The notes under the pieces are model-generated. The model was given only the letters and a program-made list of their open reading frames with translations. It made no database searches and was not told the origin of the DNA. Made by a program: the position numbers and the translations under genes. A stretch of 64,000 nucleotides of DNA from Penicillus capitatus (taxonomy: Eukaryota; Plantae; Chlorophyta). Positions 23,255 to 34,043 of this stretch are shown here, in pieces (the stretch's first letter is position 1; the number at the start of each line of letters is the position of its first letter). The DNA lies in assembly GCA_965649825.1 (NCBI GenBank), contig OZ287699.1, positions 1,394,477 to 1,458,476 of the forward strand, read 5' to 3'.

Positions 23255-24684
23255 TTACATCCTGGGCTGTTGAGGTTCATTGACCATCACAGTCGGCTGT
23301 TTCCCATCCATTATTTGCAAAACCTCCCTCGCCACAATTTTTGCCATCTCCCTGTACGACGGCTCCGTGACGCCTGCGACGTGGGGCGTCAGGATTACCC
23401 TGGAAAACACGTTAGGTGCCAAAACGCCTGACGTATTTCAACTTTGGATGCTGAGCGATCGCATGATGTGGATCAAAAGGCTCAAACCACTGGACATCTA
23501 ATCCCAGACCACCGATCTTGCCGTTCTCTAAGTAATGCACTACGGCCGATTCATCCAACAGTCCTCCGCGGCACACATTCACGATCTTCACTCCATCTCT
23601 TTGGTACACACACCCAGAGTTTCGTCTTGGTCGACGGGCTGTCTGTTACACATCTTACTTGCAATGCGTCAGAAATTCCGCATTGATCATTCCCTTCGTC
23701 TCACTGTTCTGTACACATGCCAGGATGACAATGTCAATCGTTGGCAGCACATCTGCCAGATCTTTCCACTGGATTCTCTCATCCAAAGTGTCAGCCACTT
23801 CTCTGAACAACCCATTTCTTCTAGGCTGGACGAGATAAAAGACGGAGACGACTTTTCCTCTGAGGATAGAGAAGACCATGATCGCTTCCGCACCCCAATC
23901 ATGGAAACCTACGAGGCGGCGGGTCTTCAAACAATAAGAGACGCACAGAGGATGCCTGAAATGGCTTGAGACGAGGGATAAGGGAAAGAGCAATGCCACC
24001 AAACCCGATAATCAAAACACGTTTACCGTACAGAGTATCACCCAACGGAACTCCGATTCTCCGGTTCTGCACAGCACCGCTGCTTCGTGCCGTTGACTCG
24101 AAGGAAAGAAACCTCGATCGAATGCTGCATGTCTTTTTGATTCCGCAACAGAGCCATTGACAAGTAGATGGCATGTTCGGCACATGAGAGTCCATTCGGC
24201 GTTTCGGAACTCGGAATCCGGGAGACATAGATTCCCAGACGATCCGCCTATCCACACCATTCATAGGACTCATGCTCCTTTTCTGCTTCGGGGCAAACCG
24301 TTTCGATGTCGACACCCTCCAGTCCAACCCCATACTGTAAGATGAGTTTCAGCTTGTTTGCCGGTTCGAGAACAGAACGCGTCAAAGGCGTTCCAAAAGG
24401 AATTGCCACTGTTGCATCCGCGATGGCATCGCGAAGAGTGGCTCCGTCGCAGCGAACGATCTGATAAGCACAGAAGCCACTTTACAAAAAGCGCTGCAAA
24501 TGGCAGAACGCCTGACGTCGACGGTCGGAATATGTTTCAGTTCTTGCTGAGTGAAGTGGAAGGCGGAATCAAATTGCTTGCCGCAGAAGAGTACTCGGAA
24601 GTGCTTATTGGAAACGATCGCAGCACTCGCGTGCGTCATGGCGCGAATCGGTCGAAGAATCCGTGAATGGAAGGGGCGATACAT
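23255..24684 (-). CDS. D-isomer-specific 2-hydroxyacid dehydrogenase family protein
   Basis: RVLFCGKQF; NAD-binding LIIGFGGIA; NVCRGGLLDE; GGLGLDVQWFEP; ILTPHVAG. Includes a GC-AG intron at 23909-23955. Confidence 0.9.
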
Positions 24685-24731
24685 GAAGGATGATAGCAAG
24701 TCCTCTCTCGTTCCACGAAGAAACGCTGTGA

Positions 24732-25895
24732 TCAGACGTTAGGCAGCGATTCCGATCGATCGGACACTCTCCAGGTGACATGCTCATAACCCAGTCGTTC
24801 AAAGTCTATCCAGAAGTGCTTCTCCACTTGCCGTAGACAGGCTGGGTGCTGCATGTATAGTGGAACCGCATAGTCTTGGCGCAGGTTTGTATTTTTGGAC
24901 TTCAGATGCTCTGGCATTTGCAGATCTGGTACCTCTGGATTTTTTCTCTTGTTGATCTCGTCCAGTATCGTCTGCAAATCTTCAGAAAGTCGTTCCGTTT
25001 CGCCTATGAAGTCCACAGCCGGCACACCTTCTCGCGTGAACAGACAGCTGCTCTGCTCCATGATGTGATGAACGTTATGGATAAAACCCCATTTGACTCT
25101 TGGGCGAAAGGCTTGAAGGAATGGTTGCCGACAAGCCTGTCCAAAAGGAATACGGCCCGCTTGTCTCGAAAGCTTCTTGATGTATGTGTAACTGCTGCCG
25201 TATCTCGAATAGGGATTTCGAATGAAGCCAAACACGAAGTAGTCATCCCAGTACTGCTTTGCTTCCTCTAGACTGGTTGTCTTGTTCTTATGCCAGCGCT
25301 CAGAACAGAACTCCATGCTGATGTTCTTGGGTGTCAACCAGTGGTCGCCACAGATCCACCCAAGCGGTTCGCGGATAGTCGTCCCGCCCACCTTCTTTCC
25401 CTTGATCCAGATGAACCGGTAGGCGTGATTGATGTGCACCAAACATCCTGGAAGCTGCATTGGCGGCTGAGCGATCTCGCAGAATAATCCAGTGTGCTTT
25501 ATCCGAGATACTGCCCAATTCAGCGTCTTATTCTCACGCAGTTTCTTGAATTCAGGCCTCCAGTTTAAGGGATTCAGCATGCCAGTTTTGTTTTGGAAGC
25601 CTCTAAGTGTGGGTCGCATAGACAGAGCTTCTTCGACGACGTCAATGTGGCCAAGGTCGGATAGCGACACTTTGTGCGTGCTGTTGCAGCCCACTTCCCT
25701 AAGAACTGGTTTCCGCACTGAAATGCGAACATTCGTTGTCCTGAGAAGGCTCCATTTCTTCGTGTTTTCTGTCTCAGGTTGTAACAGTGAAGGCACCACC
25801 GAAACGAAATGGAACGAGCCATAGAGCAGTATGAACAAGACAAGGACTGTCAATGCCCCAACACAATGACGTTTGCGATAGTTACAGAACTGCAT
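24732..25895 (-). CDS. Golgi sulfotransferase (Sulfotransfer_2-like), paralog 2, intronless
   Basis: TM LTVLVLFILLYG, KGKKVGGTT, FIRNPYSRYGSSY, DFIGETE, DFERLGY. First ATG at 25895. Confidence 0.88.
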   Translation of the reverse strand: MQFCNYRKRHCVGALTVLVLFILLYGSFHFVSVVPSLLQPETENTKKWSLLRTTNVRISVRKPVLREVGCNSTHKVSLSDLGHIDVVEEALSMRPTLRGFQNKTGMLNPLNWRPEFKKLRENKTLNWAVSRIKHTGLFCEIAQPPMQLPGCLVHINHAYRFIWIKGKKVGGTTIREPLGWICGDHWLTPKNISMEFCSERWHKNKTTSLEEAKQYWDDYFVFGFIRNPYSRYGSSYTYIKKLSRQAGRIPFGQACRQPFLQAFRPRVKWGFIHNVHHIMEQSSCLFTREGVPAVDFIGETERLSEDLQTILDEINKRKNPEVPDLQMPEHLKSKNTNLRQDYAVPLYMQHPACLRQVEKHFWIDFERLGYEHVTWRVSDRSESLPNV

Positions 25896-26209
25896 CCTTG
25901 CTTTGAAGCCCCTCCGGCAGTTTGACTTCAAACTGCTCTGTTGTGACAGCGACGTCGAAAGCGACGTTTCAACGTCGCGCGCAAAATAAAGTCTGCGTTA
26001 CACACAGTGACGTCCAGCCCTCTCTGGAGTAAGTGCACGCGTGAAAGATTGATTATTCCAGTATACAAATGTGAAAGCGGGCATCTAAAAACTGACGGAA
26101 TTTGTGTTCCCCATCTGTGTTCAAACACCGTCTGGATGAAGTGAACATGTCGACCAATTGTCATCTTGTCTCTTGTCTCGTCACCATTCCCTCCTCAGTC
26201 AAATTCGGT

Positions 26210-27409
26210 TTACTCAAAAGACGCGGTTATTCGATTGTATCCCAATTTTTGAAAATCCGACCAATAATTCCTCTCTATCCGTTCCAGACAAGTACTGTTG
26301 CGCAGAAACAGGTCTGTGATGTAATGATCTCCATGGGCATTGATTCTTGGAAGGACCTGTTCACGAATAACGAGCTTTGGCAGATGTGAAGGCTTTCTTC
26401 GATTGAGTTCATCCAGAACGGATTGCAGATCTTCCTGCAAATTTTCCAGCTCTCCAACGAAGTCAACGGCCACTCGACCGTCGTCTGTAAAGAGACAGCG
26501 ACTCTGTTCCATGGCATGACGGAGATGATGCGTCACGGCCCCTGACCAACAGCATCCAAGTATGCTGCATGTTTTTGCCATCAGAAAAGGGGAGTCACAG
26601 AGCTTTCCGAAATTCACCAGACGCGGACAGTCTCCCATCAGTGTATCCACGTATGCATAGCTGCTGGCAAATCGGGCGTAGGGATTGCGTACGAAAGAAA
26701 ACACAAAATACTCATTCCAGTACTGTTGCGCCAGTTCCGGCGAAATGTCTTCGTCGGCATGGAGCTCTTCGGCACATAGCGTTCGATTTGCCGTTTCCGG
26801 AACCAACCAGTCATCATTGCAGATCCATCCAAGCGGCTCTCGGATTGCAGTGCTGCCCACTCTCGTGCCTTTGATCCAGATATATCGATAGTGATGATTG
26901 ATGACGACATCGCAGCCAGGGTAATGCAAAGAAGGTTGCCTTTCCAGGCAACCCACTCGCTTTTTATGGGGATACGAAAACCAAACAGACATCTCCTCAT
27001 TCCTTCTCTTTTTATGTTCCGGCCTCCACTGAAGGGGGGACAGTATCACGTCACTCTTGTTATGAAATCCTGCAATAGCCGCTCGGCTTTCGATGGCCCT
27101 GGCAATAACACTCTGCTGGCGAAGCCATGCCTTGTCAGCGCGAAATGCGTCGTCGGAGCAGTCAAACACTTCAGGCGGAACAAATGTGGACACCTTGCGC
27201 TGATGACCGTTGTCAAAGACCGAAGGCGTCTCACGACTCTCGAGTAGACGCACCTGAGCAGTGACGGTCCTGACTTCACTGTACGATGTTTGTAACTGAG
27301 CTTCGTAGTGAGCGCTCTGACGGACGACGTTGTACAAGGCAATGATTCCGATCAGGAACACGATTGCCAAACAAAAACGGCTCGACTCGGCATTCCGCTT
27401 GCTACGCAT
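26210..27409 (-). CDS. Golgi sulfotransferase (Sulfotransfer_2-like), paralog 3, intronless
   Basis: TM FCLAIVFLIGIIALY, WIKGTRVGSTA, FVRNPYARFASSY, DFVGELE, DFQKLGY. First ATG at 27409. Confidence 0.88.
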   Translation of the reverse strand: MRSKRNAESSRFCLAIVFLIGIIALYNVVRQSAHYEAQLQTSYSEVRTVTAQVRLLESRETPSVFDNGHQRKVSTFVPPEVFDCSDDAFRADKAWLRQQSVIARAIESRAAIAGFHNKSDVILSPLQWRPEHKKRRNEEMSVWFSYPHKKRVGCLERQPSLHYPGCDVVINHHYRYIWIKGTRVGSTAIREPLGWICNDDWLVPETANRTLCAEELHADEDISPELAQQYWNEYFVFSFVRNPYARFASSYAYVDTLMGDCPRLVNFGKLCDSPFLMAKTCSILGCCWSGAVTHHLRHAMEQSRCLFTDDGRVAVDFVGELENLQEDLQSVLDELNRRKPSHLPKLVIREQVLPRINAHGDHYITDLFLRNSTCLERIERNYWSDFQKLGYNRITASFE

Positions 27410-27449
27410 TTTCTCAAATTCGAGACAGATGATGGACAAGTGTAGCGGT

Positions 27450-27940
27450 TCATCGATCGACAGTAGAAGATAATCCATTTCCCTCAACGCCACTCGGTCC
27501 CTTCGTTTTTTGTGTTCGGACTATGCGATTGAGACTCTTGATTTTCTGTTCGATATCTCGGTTTCGCCCGCCATCGCCTCCGACGCACTCTGCAGCACGT
27601 TTGTACCAACGCAGTGCTTCGTCATAGAGCTCCTGGGCCTCGTAGATGCTCGCTTTGCGAAAGTATCCCTTTTCCCAGTCAGGACGCATAGAAATGACAC
27701 GGTCGGCGTCGCTTTGAGCCTTTGTCATTTTGGACAGCTTTATCAGCGCCGCACAACGATTGCTACACCACACATTCTTCATGGCGTGACGCGCGGACGG
27801 CGTAACCTGAAGAGCAGCACATTCTCTGGGTCTTCTTTAATGGCCTTTGTATAGAGACCCGCCGCTTTCAGGAAGTTCCCTTTCTTAAACTCAACGTTGC
27901 CTTCTTTTTTCAGTTGTTCTGCTTTTTGAGGGTCCGACAT
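27450..27940 (-). CDS. Small TPR protein (STI1/HOP TPR1-like), 2 exons
   Basis: MSDPQKAEQLKKEGNVEFKKGNFLKAAGLYTKAIKEDPEN...S/NRCAALIKL...PDWEKGYFRKA: three TPR motifs. Confidence 0.9.
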
Positions 27941-27977
27941 TTAAAACGTTGACGAAAACACGCAAGCATTTAAACCC

Positions 27978-30900
27978 CTAATGACGGATGACATCTTCTC
28001 GGGTGTCTAGCAGCCGTTCCATCATCGCCGAGGACACCCAGGAAGTCTTGCGGGCCAGAGCGACGGAGCAGTAATCCATGAGCTTCAATGCTCCCGTCTC
28101 ATCCTGACCCCAACGCAAAATGTACTGGGTTCCTGAAGGAGACATCGCCGTTTCGGCCCCCAATGGAACCTGGACAGAGAAGTATGATGCCTCATCAGAC
28201 AGCCACAGATTCTGTGCGAACTTCGATGCTGATATTCTTCTCTTCTGCGATGGTCAGCATCTCGAATGTGGCATTGTTATGTGCGTATTCGAGCTCAGCT
28301 TGACGGGCAACATTCAAGAACACTTCCTCCAGAGGTGTCAGACTCAGCTGGATGTCTTGGATGTTCAGCTCCTCCTGACGATCCTGGACAAAACAGTGAA
28401 AGCGAGATGGCGGAGGATAACAATGTGAACGCTTAGAGATTGAATGAGCTCTCCAAGGAGATGCTCTTTTTCGTTGGGGACCAAGACATGCAGATAGGCT
28501 TCAGATTCGTCGAAGATATCCATTCCCAGTGACTCTTTCAAGATGCTCTTGACTTGGATGGCTTTATCGGATTTCGTTTTGCGATCCTGGCCACACAGAG
28601 AAGGTAGAGGTACTGGAGATTTGACGACAGTGATGGTGGCTACTCCGATGCTGATGGACATTTTATACCCCGATCCGAAACGGGCCTTCAGGCGCAGACC
28701 ATTGCCCAGGCACCGCAGACGTCCGCGAGCCATGATGCCAATTCGATCACCCAACATATCTGCCTCTTCCATGGCATGCGTCGTGAGAACAATAACGCGT
28801 CCTTTCTTGGCCTTGTCAATTAGATTCCACACATGACGCCTGGAACACCATACCCTGCAGATAAGCTTCCAGGTAGCTTCTGAACCGTGAGATGGGATCC
28901 ATTCCAGTCGTCGGCTCATCCAAGTATACAATCTTTGGATCGCCGAGCAGCGCGATGGCAACACTGAGTCGTCTTCGCATGCCGCCGCTGTAGGCACTCG
29001 AGATCAAGTCTGCTGCCTCTGTCAGCTTAACCTGAAAAACTTGGTGTGATGGAAATGATTGGGAGGGGGAATGGAACTTGTTCCAAGAGATTCGCGATCT
29101 CAACCTTGGCAGACGATCGAGGCACGCCCTTCACTTCGGCAAAGAGCCTCAGATGCTCTCTGCCTGTCAAATTGTCGTAGAGCACATCGAACTGCGGACA
29201 CACTCCCATGATGGATCTTATGGTATTCATGCCGCCGACATCTCGAATGCTTTCGCCGTACACATAGGCGTCGCCTCCGGAAGGAGACATGACCTCAAAG
29301 GCAGAAGACTGTCAATCGTGACTATTCTTCCGTCGGAGCCCTCACTCCTGTCAGACAATTGATCGTCGTCGTTTTACCGGCACCGTTTGGTCCTAGCAGA
29401 CAGAAGCATTCGTTTTCATTGATACCCAACCACGTGCCTTCGACCGCCGTGTGGTTTCTATACGTCTGCCAGTCCAACACATACGATCGTTTGTTCAATG
29501 CTGGACTAGAAAATTGGCACATATGACCTTTCTAAGGCTGAAGAGTTCGAGCTTCGGTTCACCCAATCTCTGTCCTTTCTGACTGCCTTTGAATCTCTTC
29601 GTCAGTTCAGACTCTCCACTCGAAACGGGGAGTTCTGAATCATCGGAAGCCTCAGTCGATCTAGACCATTGGATTGAAGGCAGCGCATGATGATTGAGCT
29701 GCATCATAACCTTGGATCCATCTCTCGGATCCGTTTCTTGCAGCGCAGACGCATTTTGTCGCGTTCCTTGAGAACATCGGAGTCGATTTCTAATCCACAG
29801 GATTCTTCTACTGGCTGAGCCGCTGCCCACTTCAGATCATGTGCATCGCGTATCTGAAAGCAAGAGACATCTGTTACATTGAGTGACACTGACGAAGACA
29901 TTGCCTTGGATGGCCACCAGTATCGCCGTTGCAGAAAATAGTAGAAGGGCTTGCGACCGCTGTCGGCATTAGACACAATGTTGTTGATGTATATCGCCAC
30001 GATGAAATAGCCGAGGAATTGCACAAACATCAACCGTAGGCATTTGTCGATAGAGACCACACAATCCAGTTGGATGTAGGCATTACGATTAAATGCTGTC
30101 GGAGGGGGTTGATCGTTACGGCAGTAGAGATCTCGTTGAGACCAGGAGATACCCTCCAGACTCAGCACTGTCAAACAGAACATCTATTGCGGAGGACATC
30201 TGAGAGAGGCGGATCTACCTGATGCTCGGGAGAGATCCTGACATGCCTTTGCCAGCAACGTCCAAGGAAAGAGATTGAAGGGAATACGGATGCTGTCTGA
30301 GAACGAGACGGCATAAGGAAATCCATTCTGCACGCACATTTGCATGATCCATGCCAGCACGAAAATGCCAAATCCGATAGGCACGGCTGAGTCTGCTCGC
30401 TTCAGTATGGCGGAGATGAGAAAGGCGATGGACATTAGGGATACGTTCGTCATGAAGATCAAGATGGCGACGAGGAACAGGCTGTTGTCCACAAAGAGAG
30501 GAATCCGAAGGGCCGTCGCTGTCATGATGACGATGGCCGTGTGCGCCGCCGATGCAATGATCTCGGAGAGCAGCCACGATGCCCAGAAAGCCGTTTCTTT
30601 GAGGCCCATGATTCGAAGCGCCTGTAAGACTCCTGTCTCTTTCTCGGTGACGAGTTGGAAAAGCAGGGCGACGAAGTGAAACATGGAAGACGCTAGGAGA
30701 AAGGTGGGAGTCACTGTGGACACTACAAGACACCATCTTTCTGGTTTGGCCCTCCGGTCGCACAAGAAGGCGCACCTATGTCTTCTGCACTTGTCTCTGG
30801 ATGTGCAAAGTCTGTGAAACTGACGTTCCATTCGATTCCTGGATCTGTGCGAACAGAGAAGTGGAGGTGCTGAAGAGAATTTGGTATCTACCGTTGGTCA

Positions 30901-31753
30901 TCTTTCGCGCGATCTCGCGCTCGACTGCCATCTGAAGTGGCAATTGAACGAAGAAATTGGGATCGCGAAAGCTCTCCTTGAAGAATTTCACACTGACAGA
31001 CGCCACGATGCAACACCTTTCTTGCGCTGCTTCATCATACGTACCTCGTATTAGTCTGGATCACGAATTCGATTCTCTAAGGCCAGACAGACACAAATGA
31101 GAAACGACCAGTGACGTATCTATACCTTGTCTTGTTCGGGAAAGAAATGCACGGCGGCGAGGACGGATTCCTGATGCTCCATAAGGAAACGATCGACCTG
31201 GTCACACGATCGAGCTTCGACCGTCGACAGTAGATGGCGTTTGTCATCTTGCCTCCGTCATGTTTGCGAATCCGCGCACGTGTTCATCTGGAATCGGCGG
31301 GTCATTGTTCTGAACGACGCCGTTGATGATGGCGGCGACAAAGGGATCGTCAAAGGGACTGTAGAGAAGCGTATAGCATCGACGATCTTTCTGCATTCCA
31401 TTCAGACGGCTGGCAATTCTTGTCCATCGAAACGTCGGACGTCAAGACTTTGAGAAACAGATCGTCGGCGCAATCGGGAATGGCGGAGATGTAGCGCGGC
31501 TGTGGATGCAGGGTATCCTTCAGAGATTTGAGTCGTTCGTTTGAATTGATGATGGCCCAGTTGACGAGCCAAATCAAAAAGACAAAGGCGGCTGCTTGCA
31601 GCAACTGCACCAGATTTTCGCGCCATGCGTGATACCTCCACTTCAAAGCTCGCTCCTGATGACGATCGGATCACTGTCTTACCGCAATTGCCCGTTCTTG
31701 CGTGTCAAAGCGAGAAACTGACGCAGCAGCAGTAAGAGACCTGTAGATGTCAT
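27978..31753 (-). CDS. ABCA: ABCA-subfamily half transporter (plant ABCA2/ATH-like), multi-exon
   Basis: N-terminal QFLALTRKN; TM block [18 protein letters not shown]; Walker [12 protein letters not shown]; signature [15 protein letters not shown]; Walker [12 protein letters not shown]; [10 protein letters not shown]; plant-like C-terminus RWGQDETG. Confidence 0.92.
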
Positions 31754-31877
31754 GTGCTTGTCGCCCAGTCAAGATGCCGTGTCTGCTGAAACGACGTGAC
31801 GATGCATGACATCTTCCCCGAGTCATCCGATGCCAACAATTCACCTACAAAACTCCACGTAGGTCAACAAACACAAT

Positions 31878-33194
31878 ATGCTTTCTTGTAGACGTCTCAG
31901 CGCACGCTTTGCGATGCGTCGATCCAAGAGCGTCGCAACAGCGCACATCGACGAACTTGTCGGTGCCAAGAGATTTGTACGTCAAAACCCCAAAACAGAT
32001 GCGTTTCCAGTTCATCGTTTTCACCACGTCGAGTTCTGGTGTCCTGACGCCACAAACGCCTACAAGCGTTTCCAGGTGGGTCTGGGAATGCAGCTGGTAG
32101 CAAAGTCCGATCAGGGAACAGGAAACGGCCAGTTCGGATCCTACGTGTTACGTTCCGGGGAGCTCATCTTCGTCTTTACTGCCCCCTATTCTTCCAAAGT
32201 GTCCCAGGCAGGAGGCAAAATACCACATCCTGGGTACAAACCAGAAGAGGCCTTTCGTTTCACGAAGGCACATGGGTTCGGTGTTCGTGCCATCGGTGTT
32301 GTCGTTGATGACGCCAGTGAGGCATTTGACATCTCTGTTCGCCGTGGAGCTGTTCCTGTGCTGTCGCCGGTGGAGATTCGAGATGAAGAGAGTGGCGAGG
32401 ATCAAGTGTTCTCGGAAGTGCGGCTCTATGGCGATGTCGTGTTAAGATATGTTTCGGGCGATTTTACAGGACCGTATCTGGCTCAGTATTCTTCAGTCGA
32501 CAGTAAAGAAGTATTTTACGGTATTCGCCGCCTCGACCACGCTGTGGGGAATGTGGAGGATCTGTTGAAGACAGTGAACTATGTCGCAGGCTTTACTGGA
32601 TTTCACGAGTTCGCGGAGTTTACAGCCGAGGATGTGGGAACCGTCGATTCTGGCCTGAACAGTATTGTCCTGGCGAACAACAATGAATATGTCCTCCTGC
32701 CTCTGAACGAACCCACTTTTGGGACCCGGCGCAAAAGCCAGATCCAGACCTACCTTGAGCAGAATGAAGGAGCTGGATTACAGCATCTGGCATTGAAAAC
32801 GGACAATATCTTCACCTGTCTTCGCCACATGCGAAAACAGATTGGCGGCTTCGAGTTCATGCCAAAGCCATCGGATGAATACTATCGAAAATTGCCGGAG
32901 CGTATTGGGGACAGATTGACGCCCACTGAGTACGCAGATGTTGAGGAATTGGGCATTATGGTGGACAAGGATGAGGAAGAAGGCATCTTGCTGCAGATCT
33001 TTACCCGACCGATTTCCGACCGAGCAACTGTGTTTCTGGAGATTATTCAAAGAATCGGCTGCGAACAGGACCAAGAGGATAAGTATGGGAATCTTGTGGT
33101 CACACAGAAAGGCGGCTGTGGAGGATTTGGAAAGGGAAACTTCTCAGAGCTCTTTCGCTCTATCGAAAACTATGAACGTACGTTGAGAGTGTGA
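31878..33194 (+). CDS. HPPD: 4-hydroxyphenylpyruvate dioxygenase, intronless
   Basis: FHHVEFWC, LDHAVGN, GLNSIVLA, SQIQTYL, QHLAL, LLQIFT, GGFGKGNFSELF. Confidence 0.97.
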   Translation: MLSCRRLSARFAMRRSKSVATAHIDELVGAKRFVRQNPKTDAFPVHRFHHVEFWCPDATNAYKRFQVGLGMQLVAKSDQGTGNGQFGSYVLRSGELIFVFTAPYSSKVSQAGGKIPHPGYKPEEAFRFTKAHGFGVRAIGVVVDDASEAFDISVRRGAVPVLSPVEIRDEESGEDQVFSEVRLYGDVVLRYVSGDFTGPYLAQYSSVDSKEVFYGIRRLDHAVGNVEDLLKTVNYVAGFTGFHEFAEFTAEDVGTVDSGLNSIVLANNNEYVLLPLNEPTFGTRRKSQIQTYLEQNEGAGLQHLALKTDNIFTCLRHMRKQIGGFEFMPKPSDEYYRKLPERIGDRLTPTEYADVEELGIMVDKDEEEGILLQIFTRPISDRATVFLEIIQRIGCEQDQEDKYGNLVVTQKGGCGGFGKGNFSELFRSIENYERTLRV

Positions 33195-34043
33195 CCATGT
33201 CACGCTCGTTCTGTAGCATGTTTGTTCAAGGAACCTTGCCCACGGAACTCTCCTGTATTATCAAGGTGTCTGTCTGTCCACACTGCAGGCACCGCGTGTC
33301 TAAAAGAGGCATCGAATGTAGATGCCACCTACTCTGGACGGTAAACTGTATTGATATTTGACTTCTACCCATCTCTGCCGAGTTCTATTTTTTATCTACT
33401 GTGGAAGGTGTGGACAGTCTGTGTTCTTTTTTCTGTATTAAAAGATTGACTCTGGCTCTGACGTCGTTCGCGACGCTGTAAATTCTCGCCGTTCAGAAAA
33501 GTTCGCGTTGACGGCGCGCAGCTTCATTCCAGGTCCAAGAGACGGCGAACCGCGTGTGTCATGTCAAACGGCGTTTTCCCAGAACGTGAACTATCCTTGA
33601 CTTCTTATCTTTTCTCGCATTCTCGATGCTGGAAATGGAGTCAGGCGCGTGCTGTCCGCGACTCTTCGGTGTAATCTCTCAGTAATGTTGACTCATACCA
33701 TCCTCTGCGTCATGATCTTCGCATGCATGCTAACACGTCAGCTTCTCATCGGAAGGCAAAAATCACTGTCATGACGTGGACTTTCTGACTCCGCCGAATA
33801 TTTAAACCCTGCCGCCAGCGAATCGGCACGACTTTGAATTTGCGTTTGTTTTTCTTGACTTTTCGAACTTGCTTTACGTTCGTCCGCACGACGTAAAGCT
33901 ACGTTTGGTGGTGTGTCCATCTTACCTCAGATACTCTAACCCTCGTGAATACGATTGAAGACGAGAAACGCTAACTTGCGACCGAAGACCAGCGAAACGC
34001 TGCTATCTCTCTAAATCTCGACATTGCGCACCAGTTGTGAACG

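Noticed and set aside
23535-23969. Plus-strand 144-aa ORF as a nested gene
   Set aside because: The region is fully explained by dehydrogenase exons and short introns on the minus strand.
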